From NCBI GenBank assembly GCA_965248575.1, contig CBDFJQ010000002.1, positions 3,872,001 through 3,936,000 on the forward strand: a DNA stretch of 64,000 bases, given 5' to 3'. Below are positions 55,739 through 64,000 of the stretch, piece by piece. The position numbers and the translations under genes are program-made. The DNA comes from Planctomycetota bacterium. GTDB lineage: Bacteria; Planctomycetota; B15-G4. The notes under the pieces were generated by a model that worked only from the letters and a program-made list of their open reading frames with translations, ran no database searches and had not been told where the DNA came from. Each line of letters starts with the position of its first letter. Position 1 is the first letter of the stretch.

Positions 55739-57802
55739 TCACCCCACCCGGCTCGGCAAGCTCGTGCTGTACACGTCCTTCACATAGTCCTCGAGCATGC
55801 GCCGCGCCGAGAACTGGCCCAGGAAGGCGACCATGGACGCGCGCACCTTGGCGATCCAGTCCCGGGGCAACCCGTCGGGGCCACGCTCGTAGTAGAGCGG
55901 GATGATCTCGTTCTCGAGCAGGCTGAGCAGGGCTTCGGAGTCCCGGGGGCCGTCAGGCAGTTCGGCCTTGCCGATGGTGAAGCCGCACTCGGGCAGGTTG
56001 GCTTCGGCCCACCAGCCGTCTGGCACCGACGCATGCAGGCCGCCGTTGGCCACGGACTTCATGCCGCTCGTGCCGCTGGCTTCGCGCGGCCATTCAGGGG
56101 TGTTCAGCCAGACATCCACGCCGCGCACCATGAGGCGCGCCACGCCGGAGTCGTAGCCTTCGAGCAACACGATGCGACCGCGCAGCTCGTCCGTATCGGC
56201 CATCTCCCAGATACGACGGATGACGTCCTGGCCCGGGCGGTCGGCAGGGTGTGCCTTGCCGGCCATGATCAATTGCACCGGGCGCGTCTCGTTGGTGAGC
56301 AGCGCGCGCAGGCGATCGGGGTCGGAGAACAACAGGTCGGCGCGCTTGTAGGGGGCGAAGCGCCGCGCGAAGCCGATGGTCAAAGCCTGGGTGTTGACCA
56401 TCTGCTTGAGCCGGCGCAGATCGGCGGTGGAGCGCCCGTGGCGCGCAGCCTGACGCACACCGCGGATGTGCACGAAGCGCATGAGCCGGTGCTTCTGGGC
56501 GTTGTGCGCGGCCCAGATGGATTCGTCAGACAGCAGCGCGGCGCGCTCGGCGAGGGTCTGCGGGTGCGTGTCCGCTTCGGCCTGCAGCACCTTGGACATC
56601 TCGGGGCCCAGCCAGGTGGCCATGTGCACACCGTTGGTGACAGCGCCGATCTCGTACTCCGGCCACATCTCCCTGCTGACCTCGCCGTGCAGCTGCGAGA
56701 CGCCGTTGTTCACGGAGGAGACGTTGAGAGCGAGCTTGGTGAGGTTGAAACCGTCCTGCCCATCCACCGTGCCCAGATCGAGCAGCTCGTCGGTGCTGCT
56801 GTTGAGGTGCTGGGCGGTGGTCTCGAGGTAGGGGCGCACGTTTTCGCGGTCGAAGACCTCGTTGCCGGCGGGCACCGGAGTGTGGGTGGTGAAGGCGTGC
56901 AGATGGCGCACGGATTCCACGGCGGAGGCCATGGACTCCTGGCCGCTGCGGCGCATGTTCTCCACCGCAAGGAAAGCCGAGTGCCCCTCGTTCATGTGGA
57001 AGGTGCGGGGCGAGATGTTCAGGGCCTCCATCACGGCCACGGCACCGCGGCCCAAGACCACCTCTTGTTCGAGGCGCATCTCGCGGCCGCCCACGTAGAG
57101 CATGGAGGTGATGTAGCGATCTTCGAAGGCGTTCTTCGACGAGTAGCTGTCGAGTAGCAAGAGCGGCACGCGGCCCACGAAGCTGACCCACACGCGCAGG
57201 TAGATGGTGCGGCCGGGGAGCTCAACGGGCACACGCAGGGTGCCGCCCTCGGCATTGCGCACGCGCAGGATGGGCACGCGCAGGCCGTCGAGCTCGGGGT
57301 AGTTGTGCTGCTGGTAGCCGTCGGCGTCAATCAACTGGTTGAAGTAGCCGCGGCGGTAGAAGAGACCGACTCCAATCAATGGCAAAGCCATGTCGGATGA
57401 GGCCTTGAGATGGTCGCCGCTGAGGATGCCGAGACCGCCGGAGTAGATCGGCAGGCACTCGTGCAGGCCGTACTCCGCGGAGACGTAGCAGATGGGGTCG
57501 CCGTCTTCGCTCGGGCGCGCGAGGTCCGCGTCGAACTTCTCGAGCACGGCGTTCATCTGGGCCAGGAAGCTCTCGTCCTGGGCCAGGGCCTCCAGGTGCG
57601 CCGTGCGGCTGAGATGGATCAAACGCACAGGGTTCAGGTAGCGCGACCACAGATGCGGGTCGATGCGGCTGAAGAGATCGCGCGCCTCACGATGCCACGT
57701 CCACCACATGTTGTAGGCCAGGTCCGTCAACCGGGCGATCGGTGCCGGGAGGTCCAGATGCTCGGGCGGGCGCGTGGGGACGTTCAAGCTGTGGGTGCTC
57801 AT
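55739..57802 (-). CDS. glgP: Alpha-glucan (glycogen) phosphorylase
   Basis: LAYNMWWTW, EYGL...LPIYSGGLGILSGDH, HMNEGH, FTTHTPVPAG, TNGVH, ARRFAPYKR and EASGTSGMK. Confidence 0.95.
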   Translation of the reverse strand: MSTHSLNVPTRPPEHLDLPAPIARLTDLAYNMWWTWHREARDLFSRIDPHLWSRYLNPVRLIHLSRTAHLEALAQDESFLAQMNAVLEKFDADLARPSEDGDPICYVSAEYGLHECLPIYSGGLGILSGDHLKASSDMALPLIGVGLFYRRGYFNQLIDADGYQQHNYPELDGLRVPILRVRNAEGGTLRVPVELPGRTIYLRVWVSFVGRVPLLLLDSYSSKNAFEDRYITSMLYVGGREMRLEQEVVLGRGAVAVMEALNISPRTFHMNEGHSAFLAVENMRRSGQESMASAVESVRHLHAFTTHTPVPAGNEVFDRENVRPYLETTAQHLNSSTDELLDLGTVDGQDGFNLTKLALNVSSVNNGVSQLHGEVSREMWPEYEIGAVTNGVHMATWLGPEMSKVLQAEADTHPQTLAERAALLSDESIWAAHNAQKHRLMRFVHIRGVRQAARHGRSTADLRRLKQMVNTQALTIGFARRFAPYKRADLLFSDPDRLRALLTNETRPVQLIMAGKAHPADRPGQDVIRRIWEMADTDELRGRIVLLEGYDSGVARLMVRGVDVWLNTPEWPREASGTSGMKSVANGGLHASVPDGWWAEANLPECGFTIGKAELPDGPRDSEALLSLLENEIIPLYYERGPDGLPRDWIAKVRASMVAFLGQFSARRMLEDYVKDVYSTSLPSRVG

Positions 57803-58023
57803 GAGCGGTGCTGGGCTCAATCCGGGGGGCGGCAGGGAGAGGGGCGGAGGGGGTCAGCGCCTGGGGCGCTTGCCCTGGGGGTGATGCGGACGGCTAGAAT
57901 GCCTGCCCTTGTCGGCGCAGGCCAGTGATCGGGCGGCAATCCCCTGGGAGTCAGCCCAGGCAGATCGCACGGGCCCTCCATCGTCGCGCAGCGGCAAGAT
58001 CCTGTAATCGGAGCGACTCCTTC

Positions 58024-59862
58024 ATGTCCATCTCTTGGTCTTTGGTCGCTCTTGCGGCCCTGCTCGTCTCGGCAGCCCCTGCGCAGGACGCGCCCTCCCC
58101 AGAACAGGCAGGCGGGGCGGACAGCGGATCGGGCGTGGCCGCCCGGGACAAGTCACTGGGGCCGAGTCTCTCTGGCTTGCCCGTGGGGGCCACGATCCTG
58201 GCCCCCGGTGACCGCCCCCTGAGCCAGCGGCGCGGCCTGCTGGTTGTGTCGGGCCTGGACGGCCGACGTGTGGGCGACGCGCGCATGATGCAGCGGGTCA
58301 TCGAGAGCCTGGAAGCCCAGGAGAACCTCGCGGCACGGCTCGGTGACCGCATGCTGGTCTTCGTGCCCCGTGCAAACCCGGGTGGTTTTGGCAACCAAAC
58401 CATGGGCGATGCCATCCCCGAAGGAGCGGTGGCGGGCAACCGTCGCCCCTTGGACCGGGACCGGGACGGTCGCAGCAATGAAGATGGGCCGTCGGACCTG
58501 GACGGCGACGGCTTCATCACTTGGATGCGCATCCCCGATGGGGCGGGCGAATGGGTCATGGATGAGCATGACCCGCGGGCTATGCGCAAGGCGCGCACCG
58601 AACGCGGCGAGCGCGGGACCCATCGCCTGCTACGCGAAGGGGTGGACCAGGATGGCGACGGCACCTGGTACGAAGACGACGGCCAGGGCGTGTTGCTCAA
58701 CGAGAACTACCCCCATGGTTGGGACGAGTACCCGGCCCAGACCGGTGCCTATCCCCTGAGCGAACCCGCCAATCGGTCGTTGGTGGACTTCGTGCTCCAG
58801 CACCCCGGCCTGTTGGGCGTGGTGGTGGTGGGCGATGAGGACACGCTGGTGTCCCTGCCCCCGGAAGCAAAGAAGGTGGAGCGGGGCGGCTTCGGCGGTG
58901 GCTTCCGCAATGCCCTGGACGGTTTGTTGAAGGAGGACGTGGCCAGCTTGAAAGAGATCAAGCGCCGCTTCGACGAGCTGGGTGAGGACAAGCACGAGGT
59001 GAAGGCCGACGGCCCCTCGGACGGCGGGCTGCTCGCCTGGGCGTACCACCAGGCGGGTCGTTGGCCCCTGGGCCTACGCCCCTGGGCAGCGCCCGAGAAG
59101 CTGGAGAAGAAGGACGACGAGAAAGATGGGGCTGATGGCGCCGACGCGGATGCCGACGCCGGGGTCGACGCGGATGCCGACGCGGATGCCGATGCGGATG
59201 CAGACACCAAGCTCCCGAAGAAGAAGGGCGGCAAGGCCAGGCGCGGCAAGGACGTTATGGACGCCAAGGACGCCGACGAGGCGGGTGATCAGCCCACCAG
59301 CGACACGGACAGCCCGGTGCCAGCGGCGGTCTTGCAGTGGCTGGACACCCATCGCGAAGGCGCCGGCTTCCGGGAGTGGACCAGCTTCGAGCACCCGGAG
59401 CTGGGTGAGGTGGAGATCGGCGGGCTCACCGACGCCACCCTGCGCAGTGTGGGGCGTGACCCGGACGCGCAGCGCGCCTTCGCAGCGCGTCTGGAGAGTC
59501 TGTTGCTCGAAGCTCTCGACTGGTTCCCCGAGGTGGCCTTCGAAGACGTGGAGATCACGGACCACGGCGGCGGCGTCTACGCCATCGAGGTGGCGGTTGT
59601 GAACACGGGCGTCCTGCCCACGGCCAGCAAGCTGGGGGCAGACGCGCGCATCACGCGACCCATGCGCGTGCGGCTGCACTTGCCTGACGACATGCAACGC
59701 CTGACAGGCTCGAAGCAAGAGTTGATCCGCCGCCTTGAAGGAGGCGGTGGCCGCAGCGAGTTGCGTTGGATGGTGGCGGGAGGCGGCACGGGCAGCAAGC
59801 TCGTGCTCGAACTCGATGCCGACAGCGTGGAAGACATCGAGCTGGAGGTGGTGCTCCCATGA
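58024..59862 (+). CDS. M14 carboxypeptidase-like protein, apparently lacking the catalytic/zinc residues
   Basis: Colinear with the downstream M14 protein (VPRANP.G, D.DGDG, LNENYP, G.YP.SEP, HP..G.VEIGG) but has SGLDGRR in place of GNVHGNE. Confidence 0.75.
   Translation: MSISWSLVALAALLVSAAPAQDAPSPEQAGGADSGSGVAARDKSLGPSLSGLPVGATILAPGDRPLSQRRGLLVVSGLDGRRVGDARMMQRVIESLEAQENLAARLGDRMLVFVPRANPGGFGNQTMGDAIPEGAVAGNRRPLDRDRDGRSNEDGPSDLDGDGFITWMRIPDGAGEWVMDEHDPRAMRKARTERGERGTHRLLREGVDQDGDGTWYEDDGQGVLLNENYPHGWDEYPAQTGAYPLSEPANRSLVDFVLQHPGLLGVVVVGDEDTLVSLPPEAKKVERGGFGGGFRNALDGLLKEDVASLKEIKRRFDELGEDKHEVKADGPSDGGLLAWAYHQAGRWPLGLRPWAAPEKLEKKDDEKDGADGADADADAGVDADADADADADADTKLPKKKGGKARRGKDVMDAKDADEAGDQPTSDTDSPVPAAVLQWLDTHREGAGFREWTSFEHPELGEVEIGGLTDATLRSVGRDPDAQRAFAARLESLLLEALDWFPEVAFEDVEITDHGGGVYAIEVAVVNTGVLPTASKLGADARITRPMRVRLHLPDDMQRLTGSKQELIRRLEGGGGRSELRWMVAGGGTGSKLVLELDADSVEDIELEVVLP
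59140..59205 (+). repeat. Coding tandem repeat (GACGCGGATGCC-like units) encoding an (Asp-Ala)n tract
   Basis: 12-nt units at 59143, 59167 and 59179 plus degenerate copies; protein ADADADAGVDADADADADADAD. Confidence 0.8.
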
Positions 59863-61730
59863 CTTACTCGACGACATCGATCACTGCAGGCCCGAAGCAC
59901 GACACGAACGCAGCCAAGACGTTTCTTTTTCAGCCTCTGTCTTCCCGAGCACTTTCCATGAGCCGTTCACCCTTCGTGTTCGTGTTGGCCCTGGCGCTGA
60001 CCTTCAGTGCCTTGGTTCCTGTCTCGGCGTCGGCGCAGGCCGTGCGCACGCCAAAGGTGTCCATCGCCTGGAACCGCTTCTACGACTACCAAGGCATCAC
60101 GGACCTCTGCCGGCAGTTGGCGGAGAGTGCGCCGGAGCTGTGCACCCTCGAGTTCATCGGCGAGAGCGTCGAGGGGCGCCCCATGCCTCTGCTCACCATC
60201 CAGAACCCCAAGACGGGCGCGCAGGCGGACAAGGCCGCCATGTGGGTGGACGGCAATGTGCACGGCAACGAGGTGCAGGGCGCAGAAGCGGCGGTCTACC
60301 TGGCGTGGACCCTGCTGGAGCGCTACGAGGAGCTGGACAACATCACCGAGCTGGTGGACGAGCGGGTCTTCTACATCCTGCCCATGGTGAACCCCGACGG
60401 GCGCCAGTATTGGTTTGACGCGCCCAACACGATGAACAGTTCGCGCAGTGGCAAGAAGCCCTTGGACAACGACGGCGACGGCCTCTTCGACGAGGACGGG
60501 CCGGACGACCTGGACGGCGATGGCGAACTGCTCTCCATGCGCAAGAGGGTCGCGCCGGGCACCGGCACGCACCGCCTGGACCCCAACGACAAGCGGGTCA
60601 TGATCTCGGTGCCGTCGGAGCTGCGGGTGGAAGCGGGGGCGGACTACATCCGCCTCGGACAGGAAGGCATCGACAACGACAACGATGGCCGCACCAATGA
60701 GGACGGCCCCGGCGGCTACGACATGAACCGCAATTGGGGCAGCGGCTGGATGCCGCCCTACATCCAATACGGCGCGGGCGACTACCCCTTCAGCTTCCCT
60801 GAGACCGAGGCCATCGGGCGCTTCATCCTGGCGCGGCCGAACATCGCGGCGGTGCAGTCCTTCCACAACTCGGGCGGCATGATCCTACGCGGCCCGGGCG
60901 CCGCGGTGCGCGAGAGCTACTACCCGCGCAGCGACCTGCGGGTCTACGACGCCATCGCAGAGGAGGGCGAGAAGCTCCTGCCCCACTACCGCTCGCTCGT
61001 GATCTTCAAGGACCTCTACGACGTGCACGGTGGTTTCGTGGACTGGACCGCTGAGGGCTTGGGCATCATCTCATTCACCAACGAGCTGTGGGCTGGCACC
61101 CAGGCATTCGGCGACCCGAACGACTCCAACGGGGGCTTCGACTTCGAGAACAGGACGGAACGTCAACTGGCCTTCGATGACCACGTGCTGTTTGGCGAGA
61201 CCCACGTGGACTGGCACGAGGTGGAGCACCCCGACTACGGCACCGTCGAAGTGGGCGGCTTCCGGAAGATGACCGGCCGTGTGCCGCCGCCCTTCATGAT
61301 CGAGGAGATGCTGCACCGCAACGCTGCCTTCTGCATCTTCCACGCGGAGCAGATGCCCAAGCTGCGGGCCGGGCCGCTGGAGATCAGCGAGCTGGCAGGC
61401 GGCGCCAAGGTGGTCACCCTGGAAGTGCATAACGAGCGTTGGATCCCCACCCGGGCCGGGGTGGCGGCTGACAAGAAGATCGGCCTGCCGGACTTCGTGA
61501 CCCTTTCGGGTGATGACATCACGGTGATGGCCGGGGGCCCTGGCGCAGACCGCTTTGACCTCACGCGCTTCCAGGCCGTGGAGCATGAGCCGGAGCGCCT
61601 GCGCCTGGAGAGGGGGATTCCCGGCCACGGTTCCGAAAGGCTACGCTGGATCGTTCGCGGTTCCGGTGAATTGACCATCACCGTGGACAGCCAGCACGCC
61701 CCGCTCCTGCAAGTGACCGGTTCGCTCTAG
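59859..61730 (+). CDS. Exported M14 family zinc carboxypeptidase
   Basis: IGESVEGR, GNVHGNE (HxxE), NPDGR, DMNRNW, SFHN and FTNELW. Start at 59859 (ATGA overlap) or 59958. Confidence 0.9.
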   Translation: MTYSTTSITAGPKHDTNAAKTFLFQPLSSRALSMSRSPFVFVLALALTFSALVPVSASAQAVRTPKVSIAWNRFYDYQGITDLCRQLAESAPELCTLEFIGESVEGRPMPLLTIQNPKTGAQADKAAMWVDGNVHGNEVQGAEAAVYLAWTLLERYEELDNITELVDERVFYILPMVNPDGRQYWFDAPNTMNSSRSGKKPLDNDGDGLFDEDGPDDLDGDGELLSMRKRVAPGTGTHRLDPNDKRVMISVPSELRVEAGADYIRLGQEGIDNDNDGRTNEDGPGGYDMNRNWGSGWMPPYIQYGAGDYPFSFPETEAIGRFILARPNIAAVQSFHNSGGMILRGPGAAVRESYYPRSDLRVYDAIAEEGEKLLPHYRSLVIFKDLYDVHGGFVDWTAEGLGIISFTNELWAGTQAFGDPNDSNGGFDFENRTERQLAFDDHVLFGETHVDWHEVEHPDYGTVEVGGFRKMTGRVPPPFMIEEMLHRNAAFCIFHAEQMPKLRAGPLEISELAGGAKVVTLEVHNERWIPTRAGVAADKKIGLPDFVTLSGDDITVMAGGPGADRFDLTRFQAVEHEPERLRLERGIPGHGSERLRWIVRGSGELTITVDSQHAPLLQVTGSL

Positions 61731-61795
61731 CGGGCTCAGGAAGGGGCGCGTGGCCTGTTCGTGGTGAGAGGGTCGGTGGCCCCGGCGGCGCGACG

Positions 61796-62794
61796 ATGCG
61801 GCGGCAGCCCCAAGCCACCGTTCCAGCCAGTGACCGCCCTAAAGACAGCGAGCAAGCCGTGACCAACGACGCGTCCCCCGACTCCACCGAGCCACCCGTC
61901 GGCGACGGTGACAAACGGTCTCCCGAGGACATCCCGAGCCGCGGTCTGATCGTGGTGCACAAGCCTCGGGGTCTCACCTCGCGTCGGGCGCTGGACGTGG
62001 TGGAGCGCAAGCTCGACATCGGCGCCTTGGGCCACTGCGGCAGCCTCGACCCCCTGGCCACGGGCGTGCTCGTGCTGGTGGTGGGCAAGGCGCGCAAGAT
62101 CCAGGACCTGGTGGTGCACGGCGAGAAGGTCTACGAGATCACGGCGACGCTGGGTGCGCGCACCGTGACGGACGACGCCGAGGGCGAGTTGCAGATGACC
62201 GAACCCGCGCCGGAGCCACCCACGCGCGAGGCGATCGAGGAGGCCTTGGAACAGTTCCGGGGTGAGATCGAGCAGCTGCCCCCGACCTACAGCGCCGTGA
62301 AGGTGGACGGCAAGCGCATGCATCGCGAGGCCCGCAAGGGCAACCCCGTGGTGGCCAAGCCGCGCAACGTCAGCGTGCACGAGCTGACCCTCAGCAAGTA
62401 CGAATGGCCCGAAGTACACCTGCACATGCGCTGCGGCGCGGGCACCTACGCCCGGGCTATCGCCCGCGACCTGGGCAATGTCCTGGGCACCGGCGGCTAC
62501 ATGTCCAACCTGGTGCGCACACGCGTGGGTTCTCTAGAGCTGAAGGACGCCATCCTGCCCGACGAGGTCGAGCTGGAGCATGTGCTGGGCATCGAGTCAG
62601 CGCTCAAGGAGTTCCCGCGCCTCAACGTGCCGCTGGAGCAACGGCACCTGCTGAGTCGCGGCCAATCCCTGCGCACACCTCCGGGCTTCCCGACCGCAGA
62701 ACCCTGTTTCGCCTGGGTCGGCGGCGAGGTGGTGGCCTCCATCACCTTCACCAACAACGGCACCAAGTACCGGACCAAGCGCCTGCTGGTGTGA
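61796..62794 (+). CDS. truB: tRNA pseudouridine(55) synthase
   Basis: KPRGLTS, GHCGSLDPLATGVL, K.Y, QLPPTYSAVKVDG and GTYARAIARDLG. The start may be GTG 61859. Confidence 0.93.
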   Translation: MRRQPQATVPASDRPKDSEQAVTNDASPDSTEPPVGDGDKRSPEDIPSRGLIVVHKPRGLTSRRALDVVERKLDIGALGHCGSLDPLATGVLVLVVGKARKIQDLVVHGEKVYEITATLGARTVTDDAEGELQMTEPAPEPPTREAIEEALEQFRGEIEQLPPTYSAVKVDGKRMHREARKGNPVVAKPRNVSVHELTLSKYEWPEVHLHMRCGAGTYARAIARDLGNVLGTGGYMSNLVRTRVGSLELKDAILPDEVELEHVLGIESALKEFPRLNVPLEQRHLLSRGQSLRTPPGFPTAEPCFAWVGGEVVASITFTNNGTKYRTKRLLV

Positions 62795-62810
62795 GTGGCT
62801 GCGGGCTTCG

Positions 62811-64000
62811 CTAGAACTGCAGGCTGTCCATCAGCCCGTTGAGCCAGGCGAAAACATCCTGCTGTGCCTGGGTGCTGCCGGGGAAGAGGTTGTCGTCCTC
62901 GAAGGGGTCCTGGGGGATGTTGAAGAAGCCCACCGGCGGGACGGGGCCCGCTGGTTGGTTCTTGACGAGCTTCCAGCGTTCGCTGCGCACGGCGCGCCGG
63001 TGTTGCTGGTAGGGCGGCTGACCGTTGGGCCGGAAGGTCTCGGAATAGACGGCGTTGCGGGCAGAAGGTTGGCGCGGCGCGATGAGGTTCGCGAAGAAGG
63101 ACACGCTGTCCTCGGCTTCGGTTGGGATGGGCGCACCCACCATCTCGCAGATGCTGGCGTAGATGTCCGTGACGCCCACGAGCGCCGGCTCTTCGCGACC
63201 CGGGTGTGTGACGCCGGGCCCGGTGACGATCAAGGGCACGTGGATGCCGTACTCCGTGACGTGTCCTTTGGCGCTGAAGACGCCGGGCAGGGCTGCCGAC
63301 GGGGAACCATTGTCGCCCACGAACACGATCCAGGTGCGGTCGAGCACCTCGGCCGGAATGCTGCCGAGCAGGCGCCCCAGCTCCGTGTCCATGGCTTCGA
63401 TGGCGGCCTGGTGCAGCTCGCTCGGGGAGCTGTTGGTGTCCACGTCCACCGTGATCAGGTCGGCGGGCGGAACGTGGTACGGCGTGTGCGGAGCGTTGAA
63501 GGCCAGCCACACGAACCAGGGTTCCTGGCCCGCGTCCTGGATGGCGGCCAACGCGTCATCGACCTGGTCCGTGGTGAGATAGGTGTTGGTGACGACCGAC
63601 TGGGTGTTGCCGGAGCCGTCGGCGACGTTCTTGGTCCAGTTGAAGTACTTGAGCGGGTCGTTGCCGGGGTTGAGCCCGATTCCGGTGTGGCGATCGAAGC
63701 CGAAGAGGATGGGGTGCTGGAAGCCGGTGCCGCCCGAGGACTCCTTGATGTTGAGGTGCCACTTGCCCACGGCCGTGCTGTGGTGCGTTGCGGAGAGCAC
63801 GTCGGCGAGGCTGAGCTCGGCAGGGTCTGCCTCGATGCCGCCCGAACCTCCGCTCCAGGAGACGCCCCGGCCGATGCCCGTGCGGAACGGATGGCGCCCG
63901 GTGAGCATGGCCGAGCGGGTGGGGCTGCAGAGCGGCTCGGAGTAGGCGTTGCGGAAGAGCACGCCGGCCCGGGCCAGCAGGTCGAGGGTGGGCGTGGGTG
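62811..64000 (-). CDS. Sulfatase (Cys-type formylglycine motif); 5' end lies outside the window
   Basis: CSPTRSAMLTG, VGKWHL, NAPHTP, GDNG, VPLIV.GPG and DPFE..NL. Confidence 0.9.
   Translation of the reverse strand, partial: PTPTLDLLARAGVLFRNAYSEPLCSPTRSAMLTGRHPFRTGIGRGVSWSGGSGGIEADPAELSLADVLSATHHSTAVGKWHLNIKESSGGTGFQHPILFGFDRHTGIGLNPGNDPLKYFNWTKNVADGSGNTQSVVTNTYLTTDQVDDALAAIQDAGQEPWFVWLAFNAPHTPYHVPPADLITVDVDTNSSPSELHQAAIEAMDTELGRLLGSIPAEVLDRTWIVFVGDNGSPSAALPGVFSAKGHVTEYGIHVPLIVTGPGVTHPGREEPALVGVTDIYASICEMVGAPIPTEAEDSVSFFANLIAPRQPSARNAVYSETFRPNGQPPYQQHRRAVRSERWKLVKNQPAGPVPPVGFFNIPQDPFEDDNLFPGSTQAQQDVFAWLNGLMDSLQF

Noticed and set aside
1..64000. Mobile elements, prophage, defence systems, tRNA and rRNA genes
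   Set aside because: No transposase, integrase, phage or cas motifs, and no tRNA or rRNA signatures were recognised by eye.

Overview
High-GC bacterial chromosomal window, probably from an uncultured Planctomycetota lineage. This is inferred from a PVC-type CxxCH dehydrogenase, sulfatases at both ends, carboxypeptidase-regulatory-like repeat proteins and many exported hydrolases. It holds about 48 CDSs: exported peptidases (S8, two S9, a tandem M14 pair, GGT), phosphoesterases and a nuclease, a dapA-lysC-asd operon, glgP, truB, several regulator/target pairs and an ECF sigma/anti-sigma pair. I saw no rRNA, tRNA, CRISPR array or transposase. Main findings: (1) a probable selenoprotein missed by the ORF track (42342..42728, minus), a thioredoxin-fold protein with an in-frame UGA in a U-G-Q-C motif followed by a hairpin with SECIS geometry; (2) a CutF/CruR-like Cys-rich, Pro-tailed upstream ORF and a structured spacer in front of a Met/His-rich beta-barrel, a candidate copper-responsive translational switch; (3) a coupled 'thermostable hemolysin'/adenylation enzyme/diiron oxidase/SDR/DoxX operon that looks like a cryptic small-molecule pathway; (4) a shared C-terminal domain on three unrelated secreted proteins, a candidate lineage-specific sorting signal; (5) an unassigned HTH protein facing a palindrome-rich promoter, a leader peptide before a MATE pump, a pseudo-peptidase/peptidase pair and a structured intergenic RNA candidate. 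All calls come from reading motifs by eye; no searches were run.
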